A DNA stretch of 64,000 nt, from assembly GCA_040954595.2 (NCBI GenBank), contig CM082581.2:13465921-13529920 (forward strand), written 5' to 3'. The notes under the pieces are model-generated. The model saw only the letters and a program-made list of their open reading frames with translations, had not been told where the DNA came from and did not search any database. Positions 62,387-64,000 of the stretch are shown here, piece by piece; position 1 is the first letter of the stretch, and every line of letters begins with the position of its first letter. The stretch is from Balanoglossus misakiensis (lineage: Eukaryota; Animalia; Hemichordata). The position numbers and the translations under genes are program-made.

Positions 62387-63908
62387 ATATTCCAAACAAG
62401 TCTATCCAGAGCTGGACTCAACTCCATGGTCAGTGTTCAAGGGGAAACACTCTGCGGGTCAAATGTCGGGGGAACGATCACTAACGCCACGCAGCAGCTT
62501 CGGAGTCAATCAAGAAAATGACATGACGAATGAAAAAAGACAGAGTACTGTCAGATACCTGCCGAGGAGAGATACCACGTTATCCAAGAATGCAGAGTTT
62601 TTAGAACAAGTGAGTTGGAATGTCACGCTTTTTATTTTATTTGCTCGAGACTTCTTAAGTTTGTCATGACAAACTGTGAGTTTGTATTTTATTTAAATTC
62701 GGCCAATGTCAGAAACACACATATTTGAAGCAGAATAGTTAACTCAAGATATTTCATTCCAGGAATCTCCCAAAGCTTTGTTTATTGCCAATACTTTCAA
62801 GAAAAAGGAATGTATACGTTTTGTGCAGAATCCAGCCAAACCAGAAAACTAGTGAGTATGAATTACCAACATTCAAATCGTGTACCATTGCTGATAATTG
62901 CTTTTTCCCAACTGAATGAAACATGGTTCACAAAATATCCATTCATTGTGTGTATATCTCTGTCATCAGTTGTTGCTGTGGACATACACAGGAGAACCAC
63001 ATTCTGCCGGTTGATGGGGCGCATGCACCTCCTCCGTACGAAGCAGCAGTACAGGCAGACAGGCCCTGGAGTTTGAAGAATGATGTCAAAAAATTCCCTA
63101 CTGATTCGTTCGGCAAGATCAATTTTGTCAGTGAAGCTGAGGGAACGAAAAAGCCAGCAAAGGTATCAATGTTGTGTCCTCCTGAGTTTGTTGATATTGT
63201 TGTGGACAGTGTACACAGCATGATCTGTTGCATGGTCACAAAACATGCCTGATTATCAGGTACAATGTCATTCCATGCACCTCATATAACATTTGACCCC
63301 TTCTCATGCAATACCTGGTGAAGTAAGTAGACATTTGAGGTGCACATCATTTAAATAACACAGCGGAGCAATGAATCATGTTTTCTTTCCACTCTTCAGT
63401 ACGTAAGACTCTCTAACGACACGCCGCTCAACTCTATTTTGGAGTTGTTCAATGTGTGGAAACTACCGAGGCCTAATCTTGTGATCTCTATTACTGGAGG
63501 TGCCAAGAACTATAAACTTGGAGAACAACATGCAGAAATATTTAGCAGAGGCTTGGTCAAGGTGAGCATCAAATATTATGTCATTAACATTTTGCTTCTT
63601 TGCTTGTTTTTGTTTCTTTGGCACATTGATGGAGACATCTAGAGTAAGATAAAATATAGAAATCAAATACTAGTGCTCTTTTCTGATTTGTAACATTTTG
63701 ACGTACACAGGCAGCGCAGACTACACCTACGTGGCTTTTGACAGCCGGAACGAACATCGGGGTCGTGAAAGCTGTTGGGGATGCAGTTCGGGAAGGACAA
63801 CGCATGCAGTGGGTCGGAGGTCGTGCCAAGAGAACAGTGCGATGTATCGGCATTGCATCGTGGGGATACACTGAAGACAATGATTGCCTGGTCAGCTCAG
63901 ATGGAAGG
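62387..63908 (+). CDS. TRPM-family cation channel, N-terminal MHR1/2 (SLOG) region, partial; exons 62387-62609, 62763-62851, 62970-63162, 63400-63561, 63711-63908; continues beyond the window
   Basis: In-frame GT-AG joins (phases 0, 2, 0, 0) give ...FIANTFKKKECIRFV...YCCCGHTQENH...WSLKNDVKKFPTDSFGKINF...KKPAK-YVRLSNDTP...WKLPRPNLVISITGGAKNY...[36 protein letters not shown]...CIGIASWGY. These are canonical TRPM N-terminal motifs. The start codon is uncertain: either the ATG at 62463 or an upstream exon. Confidence 0.93.
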
Positions 63909-64000
63909 GTGAGAAATATTTTACTTTAGCACAATTTTGGTCAAACGCACAGAATGGCATTTTCATAGCCACAAACAACTGAGAAACTTTATTATCCAGT

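Overview
AT-rich eukaryotic genomic DNA with GT-AG introns, from an invertebrate deuterostome; a hemichordate (acorn worm) is the best guess from the neuropeptide sequence, but this is inference. Four genes can be assembled by hand. (1) NHP2, an H/ACA snoRNP subunit, on the minus strand with 4 coding exons (16153-17375). (2) A vasopressin/oxytocin-type neuropeptide-neurophysin precursor on the plus strand, with 3 coding exons (23756-25488), a probable non-coding first exon and a CRE/TATA promoter near 20.4-20.8 kb. It encodes an atypical nonapeptide, CFINDCAMG-amide, and a possible second KR/RRR-flanked peptide at the C-terminus. (3) A histamine H2-type GPCR with a single coding exon (44021-45115). 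(4) The N-terminal exons of a TRPM-family channel, which runs off the right edge (62387-63908). An internally deleted Academ-type DNA transposon (47653-50980) has TAG...CTA termini, a TAT target-site duplication and tandemly repeated TIRs. There is also a palindromic tandem repeat near 31.5 kb, several microsatellites and several very old retroelement remnants. Most short ORFs in the supplied track are not genes. All homology calls come from recognising motifs by eye; no searches were run.
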